Source: Armatimonadota bacterium (GTDB lineage: Bacteria > Armatimonadota > Zipacnadia > Zipacnadales > UBA5352). Taken from it: a DNA stretch of 42,109 bases. How positions within the stretch are numbered: position 1 is the stretch's first letter; every line of letters begins with the position of its first letter. Location: positions 1 to 42,109 of the forward strand of contig JAYENL010000088.1 in the NCBI GenBank assembly GCA_034722055.1, in the 5' to 3' direction. Shown here one piece after another: positions 24,801 through 34,102 of this stretch. Both the position numbers and the translations under genes were made by a program. The notes under the pieces were generated by a model. That model had not been told where the DNA came from and searched no databases. It saw only the letters and a program-made list of their open reading frames with translations.

Positions 24801-25741
24801 ATGACGTCCCCGAGCGGGTCGGGGACGTAGCGGGTCATAATGCGGGTCTGGGGATAGCGATCCGAGCACAGCTCGTCGGTGAGGGGGCCCACGTTTTCGA
24901 TGTCGTCCCTGGACCACTCGTCCCCCCACACGATGGCGCAGGCGTCGATGAGCTGGTCGAGGCGGATGGTGTCGGCGGGGCCTGCCAGGAAGGCCCGCAG
25001 ATCGTAGATCGCGCCATACAGCTCCGCCAGGTCCTCGTCGCGGCGCAGCGCCTCGGCCAGCAGCACGGCGCGCTGCAGCTCGTGGCGTGCCCGGATCGGG
25101 TCCTTCGGGTTCTGCACCGCGAAGTAGCGCCGTGCCAGGTACTTGGCGCCGCGGAAGTAGGTGGACAGCTCCTCGCTGCTGGTGTAGTAGCCTCGGACCT
25201 CGTACTGCGTGTAGTCCTCGCCCGGATACGGCTGGACGAGCGAGTGCTGCATCACGCGCTGGACCTCGGCGGCAACGCTGGTGGCGATCTCCTCCGGCGG
25301 CTCCCACCCCGGCTCCAGGAGCCGACGCACCACCGCCAGCATGACGGCGTTCTCGCGCAGCCTGGGATCGTCATGCTCGGCCCGCATCGCCTGCGTCTGC
25401 TGCAGCATCCCATCCGCGAACCGGATGAGCTGGCTCCGCAGGATCTGCTCCTCGGCCGCCATGAGGGCGTGGCGGTGGGCCTCGTACCACAGGTAGAGCA
25501 TGGCGTCGGCGGTGACGTAGACCGGCAGGTCGCTCATCTCGAGCTCGTAGTAGCAGCGATAGATGTTCGTGGCCGGCTCGTCGGGGACCACGAGCAGCCC
25601 CCGGTCCAGCAGGTGCTCGACGGCCGTGTCGTCGAGCTTGCAGTAGCCGACCACCTCTGGGAGGTTCTGCGGCTCCTCAAGCTGTGCCAGCGCGGCCGCA
25701 GACAGCAGCATCACGCCGATGATGGCAACGGGCGATCTCAT
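21830..25741 (-). CDS. DUF3160 domain protein with a long C-terminal TPR-like helical extension
   Basis: Signal peptide, then PVYVTAD, EDYTQYEVRGYY, LPTGLDVATALG, W-x-x-K-x-x-N-x-x-L-x-SWAHLRH-x-x-x-LY and ITDEQWR...PPDW. About 680 aa of helical repeats follow. Confidence 0.85.
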   Translation of the reverse strand: MRSPVAIIGVMLLSAAALAQLEEPQNLPEVVGYCKLDDTAVEHLLDRGLLVVPDEPATNIYRCYYELEMSDLPVYVTADAMLYLWYEAHRHALMAAEEQILRSQLIRFADGMLQQTQAMRAEHDDPRLRENAVMLAVVRRLLEPGWEPPEEIATSVAAEVQRVMQHSLVQPYPGEDYTQYEVRGYYTSSEELSTYFRGAKYLARRYFAVQNPKDPIRARHELQRAVLLAEALRRDEDLAELYGAIYDLRAFLAGPADTIRLDQLIDACAIVWGDEWSRDDIENVGPLTDELCSDRYPQTRIMTRYVPDPLGDVMPPWNVAVLGEHYIPDSDLFHHTCEPQIEHRHLPTGLDVATALGSEAAAAKLAEVAADFPDVVPRAREFGPQMTGDSIYGAWLDTLRTLFEEPEGLPQFAKGRAWDEKQINCCLTSWAHLRHNYMLYGAQAYTYLGGSSGGGIVEPLPRFFRRYAQMCGELRGRLVERGLQGRVIDVLDALGAKAETFERCAADQLAGRDTSWADREIRTFGSWIKGTFFDTPLVIADVCTSSWTKQVLHAASGPFYPIVVLAEEDGDRYGAVGYVGSYYELVEPRFGRITDEQWRERVESEYARPQPPDWLADLYAPLAPEEAAARERLRELEESVRADLEEGLPAVEAFIAEHRNTPLEPAAALIAARYLSDAERYERVAEVLADLDRMYGCDARDAARQLLERAQSQLRHAQEQEAAREALEEALEPTAPREGLSPEEETARQDRRAEIILEQSEYRILHGREGAEDRLRRILEECSQSQYVPLAELGLVFVEFEHRAIWSHGDPRATLAEIAQRVRPRLQELAERYAGTPWELPMRTALASTWALTEDYETAWERTGPLLDAEAPGPGRHADALEWLERLDWDAGPYVGPTTEPRALAGAILEHIGPGALGDGDVARLQELAAVADRYDMPKDGPCLPSVLEALRHYGGEPEAFADFAPCLALEFQRGVTVEQRATLVQRALQTAEDHPQTQIARAALSWAVVQGERLEERRDVAEAGRVARKRLQDRYPDSTEALLVRVRRLNSERRWDEALAVAEQLSARLEDTRREDLPPHLKALSYFQDPAKLKRRHAEMLANWREKYGELIRAAGLPDDLLAEAGSETEIVEALLERLPDRQLEVLQAHGEPNQIHAIAMRVLEAHPDDPRALELRWEMRGRSNLLAIVAAGPDAAHFDEAIEELRNADLRVKYRQSLLEELAIWRRAADRHRGTPAEVLALATAARAYLAKDRPEQAAQFLERTLERVEEGRPLRDQLVQLLTTARQQIAAKRGAEAPRP

Positions 25742-26052
25742 TGCTCGGCACCCCCGTGCTGAGGGATCTTCGCACCCTCATCCTTCGCACTGCGATCGCA
25801 TAGTTCCTGCGTCGGGCAGCCGGATGAGTGCTCCCGCGCGGGGATCTCGGCGCTGAGCAGCAGAATCAGGCGATGGGACGAGCCGCACCACCTGCGCAGG
25901 GCCAAGAGCCGTGTGCGGGCGCAGGTCCTCCCGGGGCGCTGGCGAAGATACCGCGCGTGTGCGGTCCCAGGCCTCTTATGAGCGCGAGGCCCGGATCGGC
26001 AGATGTTCAGGTAGCGCTGATAGACGGTGGAGCTGGAAGGGAGAGGACGACC

Positions 26053-26952
26053 ATGAAGCTGTGTGTCTTGCTGCTGACCATGGCGTGCATCGTGGCGCTT
26101 TCGGTGAGTCCCTCGGCGGCCCAGGACGAGCCCACCGAGGAGGAGCTGCGGCAGGCCCGTCAGGACGCGATCCGCGGCACACTGGCGACCTACGATGGCG
26201 AGCCGCGCCTCGAGAACGGCCACGTGGACATCCAGCGGCTGGTTCGGGAGGTCCAGGAGCTGAGCTGCAACAGCTACGACTTCCTGGTCTGGCACGCGGA
26301 GACCGACTGGGAGGACCTGCACGTCTTCCTGGGGGAGACGGCCGACTCGGGGCTCAAGGTCTGGGTCTCGCTGGTGCCGCCGAGCGAATCCCGCAGCAAG
26401 AAGTCCGAGCCGTTCGGCCTCGACTACGTGCAATGGGCCCGCGCCATCGGCCAGCTCAGCGCGCAGCACCCGCACCTGATCGCGTGGAGCATCGATGACT
26501 TCACGCACAACCTCGGCTTCTATACGCCCGAGTATCTCCAGCAGATGATGGACGCCGCCCACGAGCACAACCCGCGGCTGGCCTTCGTGCCATGCACCTA
26601 CTTCCCGGCCGCCACCCAGGACTTCGCCGACGGCTACAGGGAGATCCTCGACGGGCTGCTGTTCTACTACCGGCACGAGTCGGCGGGCGCCAACCTGACC
26701 GACCCGAGCCTGTGCCCGGACGAGATCGCGACATTGCGCGAGCGCTTCGGCGAGGGCTTCCCCATCATCCTGGGCCTGTATGCCTCAGGCCACTCCCGGC
26801 TCGGGAAGACGACGCCGGAGTACGTCGAGGAGGTCATGACCTGCGGGCACGAGCTGGCGGATGGCGTCCACGTCTACTGCCATCAGGAGCCCGACACGCC
26901 CAAGTATGAGGTCGTCCAGCGCCTCTTCGGGCAGTGGATCGCGGGCGAGTAG
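26053..26952 (+). CDS. Secreted hypothetical protein, probable TIM-barrel glycoside-hydrolase-like fold
   Basis: GGAGAGGA upstream of ATG 26053 and a signal peptide ending SAA-QD. Alternating beta/alpha pattern with LKVWVSL, AWSIDDF and DGVHVY. Confidence 0.65.
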   Translation: MKLCVLLLTMACIVALSVSPSAAQDEPTEEELRQARQDAIRGTLATYDGEPRLENGHVDIQRLVREVQELSCNSYDFLVWHAETDWEDLHVFLGETADSGLKVWVSLVPPSESRSKKSEPFGLDYVQWARAIGQLSAQHPHLIAWSIDDFTHNLGFYTPEYLQQMMDAAHEHNPRLAFVPCTYFPAATQDFADGYREILDGLLFYYRHESAGANLTDPSLCPDEIATLRERFGEGFPIILGLYASGHSRLGKTTPEYVEEVMTCGHELADGVHVYCHQEPDTPKYEVVQRLFGQWIAGE

Positions 26953-26963
26953 CGACGGCCGAG

Positions 26964-28892
26964 ATGCCCTCACAGGCCCGGGGGCCAGGCATCACCGTTC
27001 GCGCGGTGCTGATGGGGCTGCTGCTGATCCCCGTCAACGCCTGGTGGCTGGCGCAGATCGAGTACGTGCGCTACTCCGACAATGCGACGACCTCGGCGCT
27101 GTTCTTCAACTGCATCGCGGTGCTGCTGATCCTGCTGGGCCTCAGCCGCCTGCTGAGGCGGCTGAACCCGCGCTGGGCGCTGTCACGTGGCGAGATCCTG
27201 ACCGTGTACATCATGCTCCTGGTCGCCAGCGCACTGGGCGGGCACGACCAGCTCCAGATCCTCTTCACCACCATCACCTGGGTGTTCCGCAACGCCACCC
27301 CTGAGAACGCCTGGGCGGAGGAGCTGCACCCGCACATCCCTGAGCATCTGACCGTCTCGGACCCGCGGACCCTGGAGAGGCTCTACCTGGGCGATTCGAC
27401 CATCTACGCGCCGGGGCGGCTGAGTCCGTGGCTGGGGCCGCTGGCGTGGTGGACACTCTTCGCCTGCGTGCTGGTGTGGACGCTGTACTGCCTCATGTGC
27501 ATCTTCCGAAGGCAGTGGGACCGAGAGCGCCTCAACTACCCCATCACGCTGCCGCCGCTGGAGGTCACGAAGGCCGACGGGCCGATCCTCCCCAGCGGCC
27601 TGTTCTGGGCGGCCTTCGCTCTGGCCGCGGCGGTGCAGCTTGTCCGGCTGGCGCACAACCTCTGGCCGGCGGTGCCGGCGCTGAACATCGGCGTGCACAA
27701 CTACCGCTTCCGGGGGCTGCCGCTGAGTGCGGCCGGCGCCATCCCCATCTCCTCCTACCCCTTCAGCTACGGCATGGCATATCTGCTACCGCTCCAGCTC
27801 GCGTTCTCAGTGTGGTTTTTCTTCTTCTTCGCGCGGTTTGAGATGGTGGTGGCCGCCATGTTCGGTCACACTCAGTGGCGCGGCTTCCCCTACATCCAGC
27901 AGCAGGGCGTGGGGGCCTACATCGGCGTGGCCTGCTTCGTGCTGTGGGCGGCGCGACGTCATCTGCGCCGCCTCTGGCGTTCGGCCCTGGGGGCCGGAGG
28001 CTACGATGATGAGGGCGAGCCGCTGCCCGGTCCCCTTGCGGTCTGGGGCTTCATTGTGGGTGTCGCGGGCCTGATCGGCTTCTCGGTGACGTCGGGGATG
28101 AGCCTGTTCGCGGCTGTGTGCTTCTTCATCATCTTCCTGACCATCGTGCTCACGCTCACGCGCCTGCGCGCCGAGCTGGGCCTGCCCACCATTGAGCTCT
28201 ACCAGGTGGGCGCGGACGACATCCTCCAGAACGTGGCCGGAGGAGCCGCGTGGTCCAGCAGGGACCTCACCGTCATGAGCCTCTACTTCTGGCTGGTGCG
28301 CACGCACCGGCAGCTTCCCATGCCGGCGCAGGCCGACTGCCTGCGCATCGGGGATCAGGCAGGTCTGGAGCTGCGCAGCCTCTCGCCGGTCGTCCTGGGC
28401 GCATCCGCGCTGGGCATCGTGGCGGCCTTCTGGGCGCTTTTGCATGTCACCTACCAGACCGGCTACGAGACCGCCAAGTTCACGGGGCCGGCGGGGTGGG
28501 CCTTCGGCAACGACCCCTGGCGGAAGCTGGACGCGTGGCTCTCGAATCCGCGCCCGCCGCAGTACGCCGCCACCGGTGCCTACGCCTACGGGATCGCCTT
28601 CACGCTCTTCCTCGCGGCCATGCGCACGCGCTTCGTATGGTGGCCCTTCCATCCGGTGGGCTACCTGGTCTCGGGGAGCTTCGGGCTCTTCCGGCTGTGG
28701 CTGCCGATCTTCCTGACGTGGCTGATCAAGAGCCTGCTGCTGCGCTACGGAGGGCTGCCCGCCTACCGCAGGGCGCGCCCGTTCTTCTTTGGGCTGATCT
28801 TCGGCGAGTTCAGCGCCGCCTTCCTGCGCACGGTGCTGGACCTGATCTTCGAGCTTCGGCTGCCCCCCGCCTCGGGAGTCGGAGGGCTGTAG
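26964..28892 (+). CDS. DUF6785/DUF6784-type polytopic membrane protein (putative transporter)
   Basis: GITVRA, LSRGEILTVY, W-x-x-P-L-x-x-W, RRQW-x-x-ERL-x-YP, R-x-R-A-E-L-G-x-P, WWPFHPVGY and LRYGG...RPFF-x-GLI-x-GE motifs, with many TM helices. Confidence 0.85.
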   Translation: MPSQARGPGITVRAVLMGLLLIPVNAWWLAQIEYVRYSDNATTSALFFNCIAVLLILLGLSRLLRRLNPRWALSRGEILTVYIMLLVASALGGHDQLQILFTTITWVFRNATPENAWAEELHPHIPEHLTVSDPRTLERLYLGDSTIYAPGRLSPWLGPLAWWTLFACVLVWTLYCLMCIFRRQWDRERLNYPITLPPLEVTKADGPILPSGLFWAAFALAAAVQLVRLAHNLWPAVPALNIGVHNYRFRGLPLSAAGAIPISSYPFSYGMAYLLPLQLAFSVWFFFFFARFEMVVAAMFGHTQWRGFPYIQQQGVGAYIGVACFVLWAARRHLRRLWRSALGAGGYDDEGEPLPGPLAVWGFIVGVAGLIGFSVTSGMSLFAAVCFFIIFLTIVLTLTRLRAELGLPTIELYQVGADDILQNVAGGAAWSSRDLTVMSLYFWLVRTHRQLPMPAQADCLRIGDQAGLELRSLSPVVLGASALGIVAAFWALLHVTYQTGYETAKFTGPAGWAFGNDPWRKLDAWLSNPRPPQYAATGAYAYGIAFTLFLAAMRTRFVWWPFHPVGYLVSGSFGLFRLWLPIFLTWLIKSLLLRYGGLPAYRRARPFFFGLIFGEFSAAFLRTVLDLIFELRLPPASGVGGL

Positions 28893-28935
28893 GGTCTGTC
28901 GATGATGCGGCTATGCCCGTGGCCGTCCTGAGCTC

Positions 28936-30054
28936 TCAGCGCCGATCACGCGTCCGGGCCAGGTGATCCACCTCCATCATGGCTTCCGCGATGTCCAGGG
29001 CGGTGAAGCTGCGGTTGAGGCCGAAGGAGGCGGTGCCGTCGGCGCCGACCATGGTCTGGGCGTGCTCGATCAGCTCCTCGCGGGTGATCTCCTCGATGCC
29101 GAAGTCCGCGAAGCAGGTGGGCAGGTTGACGCTGCGGTTGAAGTCGATGACCTCGTCGATCTCCGACAGCGTCGAGCCGAAGAGGATGAGGTTCACCAGC
29201 GTCCCGAAGGCCACCCACTCCCCGTGGATGAGCTGTCTGGTGCAGCCGGGGTGGTTGGCGAGGTGAAGCGTGTGGTCGCCGCCCACCAGGCCGCAGGCGG
29301 CGCCGCCCACGGCCGAGCAGTAGAAGATCGCCTCACAGACCCGGTTCACCTCGTCGGTGGGGATGCCCAGGGTCGCCGCATCGTAGGCGCGCTTGCCGTT
29401 CTCAATCACGAGTCGATAGGTAAGCCGGGCGACCGCCTCCGCGGCAACGGTCGGGAAGGCGTTGCTGAGGCCCAGGGCGCCCGACTCCGCCCTCCCGGGC
29501 CTGCGCATGCCCAGCGAAATCCGCAGGCCGGCCCCGAAGGGCAGCACGTCCCCCATCCCGCTGGCCAGATACCGGGGGCCGGCCTCCACGATCACGCGGG
29601 TGTCGCAGAACACGACGTCCGGCCCGCGATACCAGTGGCGGCGCCCCACGGTGTCCTCCTCGATGCCCGACGAGATGGTGCCGGCGGCGTTGGTGCCCGC
29701 GGTGGTGGGGACGACGATGAGAGGCACGTCCAGCTCCCGCGCCACGGCCTTGCCGCAGTCCATCACCCGCCCCCCGCCGCAGGCGATGGCGAACTGCACC
29801 TGCTGCTCGCGCCCCACCCGCACCAGCTCATCGACGCGGCTCTTGACCTTGTCCACGTGCCCGCCATGCTCGACGTGATACTGCAGGCCGTTGTCGCTGA
29901 GGCTCTCCGTGATCGGCGCCTTCACGGCCTCCAGCGCCCGGCGACCTCCCATGAGAAGGCCCCTCTCGCCAAGCCACTTGGCGTGCAGGCCGATCTCCGA
30001 CAGTATGTGGGGCCCGACCACGAAGCGCCAGGGGCCGACGATGGTTCGCTTCAT
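28936..30054 (-). CDS. Glycerol-dehydrogenase-like (family III metal-dependent polyol dehydrogenase)
   Basis: GGGRVMDCGK, VPTTAGTNAA, SGMGD, DHTLH and IHGEWVAFG match GldA-type motifs. GAGGTGAGG ribosome-binding site. Confidence 0.82.
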   Translation of the reverse strand: MKRTIVGPWRFVVGPHILSEIGLHAKWLGERGLLMGGRRALEAVKAPITESLSDNGLQYHVEHGGHVDKVKSRVDELVRVGREQQVQFAIACGGGRVMDCGKAVARELDVPLIVVPTTAGTNAAGTISSGIEEDTVGRRHWYRGPDVVFCDTRVIVEAGPRYLASGMGDVLPFGAGLRISLGMRRPGRAESGALGLSNAFPTVAAEAVARLTYRLVIENGKRAYDAATLGIPTDEVNRVCEAIFYCSAVGGAACGLVGGDHTLHLANHPGCTRQLIHGEWVAFGTLVNLILFGSTLSEIDEVIDFNRSVNLPTCFADFGIEEITREELIEHAQTMVGADGTASFGLNRSFTALDIAEAMMEVDHLARTRDRR

Positions 30055-30245
30055 GATGACCTCACCTCAACGACGCAGAATGCGGCCCGCGTATCACAGT
30101 TCCCTGTACCCGGATGCGAATCCCTCTTTTGCCGGAGACCGCGCTATACATCGGGGCGCGAAGGGCAGCGCACGGTAGGGGGCGAAGTCTGAGCCGGCGC
30201 GGAGAAGGCCGGCGGATGAGTCAGAGAGGAGTGCTGGAGCCAGCA

Positions 30246-33200
30246 ATGAGAGCCAGCCATCGTCGGACCTGTTGCCTGCTGCTACCCCTGGTGCTGCTTG
30301 CGGGCTCGCAGGTGTGCTGCGTGGCGCAGGGGGAGCAGGACGTCGCCCCGGATCAGTACCCGCTCGACGAGGAGGGCTTCGTGCGCGACTGGCTGGTGGC
30401 GGGGCCGTACCCCAACCCGCCCGGCGATCCCTACCCGGCGGGCTATGAGGGTGACCCCCTGGAGAGGCTGGGGGGCGAGGCAGCCGTGGAGCCCTACGCG
30501 GGCATGACGGATGAGGCGGAGTTCCTCGCCGACAAGGGGAGGCTCATCGCGGGCATCGGCTCGACGAACGCGTGGGGCTTCACCGAGACGAAGGTCCTCC
30601 CGGTGCAGTGGGCGCCTATCCACTGGGAGGAGGAGAGCCCCATCATCTCGCTTGACGACAGGTTCGGCGAGATACGGGACTGGCTGGTGGCGTATGCGGC
30701 CTGCTGGGTCCTGTCGCGAAACGAGCGGAACGTGCAGATGCGGGTCGGCAGCGATGACGGCTACAAGCTGTATCTCAACCACGAGTCGCTGGGCGGAATC
30801 AGCCTCTCGCGCGCCGCTGCCGAGGATCAGAACGTCCACCAGGGGCGGCTGCGAGAGGGCCTGAACCTGGTGCTGCTCAAGATCAGCGAGCGCACCGGGG
30901 GGCACGCCTTCTGTCTGCGCATCACCGACGGCAAGGGAGAGCCCTACGATGACCTGGCGGTGGTGCTCAGCCATCCGAAGCGGGAGTACGCCCTCGGGTG
31001 CCAGAACCTGGATGAGGTTGATGTGGTGGACCGGGAGGGGTTCGCTCAACTGCGGCTGGGGGAGGAGCCCCGGTTTCCCGGCACTCTGGGTCTCAGGGCC
31101 ATGGTAGGGCTGGCGACTGAGACGGCCTGCAGCGTGCGGGTTCTGGTCACCGACGGTGGCGACCGGGAGGTCTTCAGCGACACGCTGACCGCCGAGCTCT
31201 CGCCGGACCGGGCCTACCCCATTGAGGCCGAGGTGACCATCGACCGCCCCGGAGACGCCACGGTGGCCGCGCTGGTCATGGACGCCCAGGGCGATGAGAC
31301 CCTGGCGCACCTCGAGCGGGCCTTCGAGGTGCTCGACCCGGATGCCCTGCGGCTGCGGCGCGATCAACTGCGGCACGAGGTGGCCGAGCGGCGGGAGCGC
31401 AGGGCAGCGCTGGAGGCGCGGCTGGCGGAGGCCGAGCAGGAGGTGGCGGCGCTGCGCGACCGGGTGGCGGAGCAATACGAGCGGATCCAGGCTATCTACG
31501 CCCGCCGGCGGGAGGTGCTGTCGGAGCGCTACGGCGAGGAGGCCCGGTCGATTGAGGAGCCGTTCGAGCCGGTGGCAACCGCGCGGGAGGTCCTGTGCCT
31601 CAACGGGGACGGCTGGGAGATAGCGGGGGCGCGGTCCCTCGGGCGGTACGCGATTGACGCGGAGAACCCGCCCGAGGAGGGCTGGGAGCCGGGCTGGGTG
31701 CCCATGATGGGCGTGGAGAAGTACTTCCGCGGCCGCTACTTCCCCGCGCGCGGCGACGGCGGCCCCTACCGTCCGACGAAGGTCCTCGACTGCGCCCCGG
31801 ATGGCTGGACTCTCTCGGACGCCCGCATCGGCGACGGGCTATGGTACCGCACCACCATCGAGATCCCCCAGCGCTGGTCGGACCGGCACGTTTTCTTCCA
31901 CACCGAGTACGCCCAGCACCTGCTGAAGGTCTACCTGGACGGTGAGCTGTGCGGCACGCACAGCGGCTGGCCGGGGGTCATCGACATCGAGCTGCCGAAC
32001 GCTACGCCGGGCCGGCACGAGCTGCTGGTGCTGACACAGCGCGCCCGCTCCGTCGGGGAGTGGAGCCATCTCAACCAGTACTTCGGCCTGCTGGGCGACG
32101 TGTTCCTCACGACCTGCTCCGACGTCGCCGTGACCGACACCTGGGTCATCACGAGCTGGCGCGATGCGACGGTCGAGAACCGGGTCTGGCTGCTGAACAG
32201 GGGTGAGGAGTCGCGCACCGTGACGGTGGCCTGCGAGGCAGTGCTGGACGGCAAGACGCGGCTGAGGCTGGACAGCCGACAGGTGGAGCTGAAGCCGGGC
32301 ACGAGGGCGGAGGTGAGGCTGACCAGGCCGTGGACGGATCCGCAGCTCTGGGGCATTGGTGGGGAGTACGGCGATCCCACCCTCTACCAGATGGTGACAA
32401 CGGTGTCGGAGGGCGACCGCGTGTTGGACCAGCATTACCAGCGCTTCGGCTTCAGGGAGCTGTGGATCGCGGGGTTCCACTACTACCTCAACGGCAAGCG
32501 CATCTTCATCCAGGGCGACAACTTCGGCGCCCACGTCACCAGCCGGCCCGCGCTCGTCTTGCTGCAGAAGGCCCTGCGAGAGTCGGCCAACGTCAACGCC
32601 ATCCGGAATCACTTCTGGTTCCAGCAGGGCCTGTGCGCGCGGGTCGCCGACGAGCTGGGCATGCTGGTGCTCCCGCAGTGGTACCCGGACCTGGGGGCGG
32701 GGCCGAATGCGCTGTCGGTGGAGGAGTTCCTGACCACCCAGCGGCATCGGGACAACCTGAGGCGGTACGCACGGTGGGTGAGGTGGCTCCGGAACCATCC
32801 CAGCGTGGTGATCTACTGCACGGACAACGAGATCTTCACCCAGGCCTGGGACACGCCGGAGAAGCTCGAGGCCAACATCCGCAACGACCGCCTGGGTGCC
32901 GTCTACGGGCGCTACGTGAAGGCCCTCGATCCGACGCGCCTGGTCACCAGGGACGGTGACGAGGGCACCTGGGGGAAGCTGGGCAAGTGGCAGCAGCAGC
33001 CGCCGGCGGAGATCGCGAATTATCACTACCCTGACTTCAACGTCGATGACCTGGTGGAGAACTGGCAGTCGCTTTACGAGAAGCCGGTGCTGTTCGGGGA
33101 GACGCTCTACTGCAGCTACGGTGCCTGGGACGGATGGATTGATGCCATACCCTCACAGGTGGCCGCCAAGGCGCGCCGGGTGCGTGATGTGGTCGGCACC

Positions 33201-33827
33201 TACCGGGACCTGGAGGTCTCAGGGTGGGTGGGCATGGGGCCCGGGAACGACTGCTTCACGGAGCTGAAGGAGGACGGGTCAGGGAACCCCTGGGGCGTCT
33301 CACCCGCCATCATCGCGGAGTACAAGGCTAACGGGCAGGTGGAGTCCCTGCCGCACTATCCCTACTTCCCCATCGACTGGCCGAGCCTGTCCGGCCCCGG
33401 CCTGAAGCCCGAGTTCTACCGCTTCCAGTCCGTCTACGGGCACGGCTCGATCAATCCCTGCGATGCCGGTCGGCCCGTCTATGTGCCGAACGCGGTGAAC
33501 GCGGCCTACCAGGACGCCACCTGGCCCATGCCGCCGCTGTCTCGGCACAGACCCACCGAGGCGCTGGTGACCGTGACGGAGCATGGGGAGCCCGTCCCCC
33601 TGGCACGGCTGGTGCTGACGCCGGCGGACGGGCAGGCGTCCGAGCCCCTCGGCGTGCGGGCTGACACGCAGGGCCGGGCGTGGGTGCTGCTGGAGGAGCC
33701 AGGGCGGTATGACGCTCGCGTCGAGGGCAAGGAGACGGCGACGACGCTGGACTTCGGGCCGATTGGGCTGGAGATGCAGGCAGGCTTCGGCTACCTGCCA
33801 CGACTGGAGATGGAGGTCGGACAATGA
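30246..33827 (+). CDS. Secreted glycoside hydrolase family 2 protein with a PA14-like N-terminal domain and an internal coiled coil
   Basis: Signal peptide. GSDDGYKLYLN...GLN-x-x-L-x-K module, WYRTTIEIP, PQLW...PTLY, RFGFRE, ADELGML, RNHPSVVIYCTDNE (acid/base) and KPVLFGE (nucleophile). The start could be 30216. Confidence 0.88.
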   Translation: MRASHRRTCCLLLPLVLLAGSQVCCVAQGEQDVAPDQYPLDEEGFVRDWLVAGPYPNPPGDPYPAGYEGDPLERLGGEAAVEPYAGMTDEAEFLADKGRLIAGIGSTNAWGFTETKVLPVQWAPIHWEEESPIISLDDRFGEIRDWLVAYAACWVLSRNERNVQMRVGSDDGYKLYLNHESLGGISLSRAAAEDQNVHQGRLREGLNLVLLKISERTGGHAFCLRITDGKGEPYDDLAVVLSHPKREYALGCQNLDEVDVVDREGFAQLRLGEEPRFPGTLGLRAMVGLATETACSVRVLVTDGGDREVFSDTLTAELSPDRAYPIEAEVTIDRPGDATVAALVMDAQGDETLAHLERAFEVLDPDALRLRRDQLRHEVAERRERRAALEARLAEAEQEVAALRDRVAEQYERIQAIYARRREVLSERYGEEARSIEEPFEPVATAREVLCLNGDGWEIAGARSLGRYAIDAENPPEEGWEPGWVPMMGVEKYFRGRYFPARGDGGPYRPTKVLDCAPDGWTLSDARIGDGLWYRTTIEIPQRWSDRHVFFHTEYAQHLLKVYLDGELCGTHSGWPGVIDIELPNATPGRHELLVLTQRARSVGEWSHLNQYFGLLGDVFLTTCSDVAVTDTWVITSWRDATVENRVWLLNRGEESRTVTVACEAVLDGKTRLRLDSRQVELKPGTRAEVRLTRPWTDPQLWGIGGEYGDPTLYQMVTTVSEGDRVLDQHYQRFGFRELWIAGFHYYLNGKRIFIQGDNFGAHVTSRPALVLLQKALRESANVNAIRNHFWFQQGLCARVADELGMLVLPQWYPDLGAGPNALSVEEFLTTQRHRDNLRRYARWVRWLRNHPSVVIYCTDNEIFTQAWDTPEKLEANIRNDRLGAVYGRYVKALDPTRLVTRDGDEGTWGKLGKWQQQPPAEIANYHYPDFNVDDLVENWQSLYEKPVLFGETLYCSYGAWDGWIDAIPSQVAAKARRVRDVVGTYRDLEVSGWVGMGPGNDCFTELKEDGSGNPWGVSPAIIAEYKANGQVESLPHYPYFPIDWPSLSGPGLKPEFYRFQSVYGHGSINPCDAGRPVYVPNAVNAAYQDATWPMPPLSRHRPTEALVTVTEHGEPVPLARLVLTPADGQASEPLGVRADTQGRAWVLLEEPGRYDARVEGKETATTLDFGPIGLEMQAGFGYLPRLEMEVGQ

Positions 33828-34102
33828 GACTATCGGCGGTGATCGTGTGCATCTGCCTCGCTCTGCTTGCGGCCGCCTTCGTGGGGTTGGGGCAGCCCGG
33901 CGAGGAGGCGCCGGGCGAGCCACAGGCCGTCTACCAGGAGTGCCAGGAGCTGCAGCAGCAGATCGAGGAGCTTGACGCGGAGCTCAAGCACCTCGCTCAC
34001 CAGGAGCAGTCGCTGGCTGAGGCGAGGGAGAACTACCAGTACGTGCTGGAGCGCAACGCCGAGCTCGTCGCTGAGCTCGAGGACTGGGCGGAGGCGGAGT
34101 GA
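33824..34102 (+). CDS. Small secreted or membrane-anchored acidic coiled-coil protein
   Basis: GGAGG upstream, ATGA overlap with the GH2 stop and GTGA overlap with the next gene. Hydrophobic N-terminus followed by an E/Q-rich heptad pattern. Confidence 0.85.
   Translation: MRLSAVIVCICLALLAAAFVGLGQPGEEAPGEPQAVYQECQELQQQIEELDAELKHLAHQEQSLAEARENYQYVLERNAELVAELEDWAEAE

Noticed and set aside
23318..25762. 814-aa + strand ORF
   Set aside because: Antisense shadow of the DUF3160 gene.
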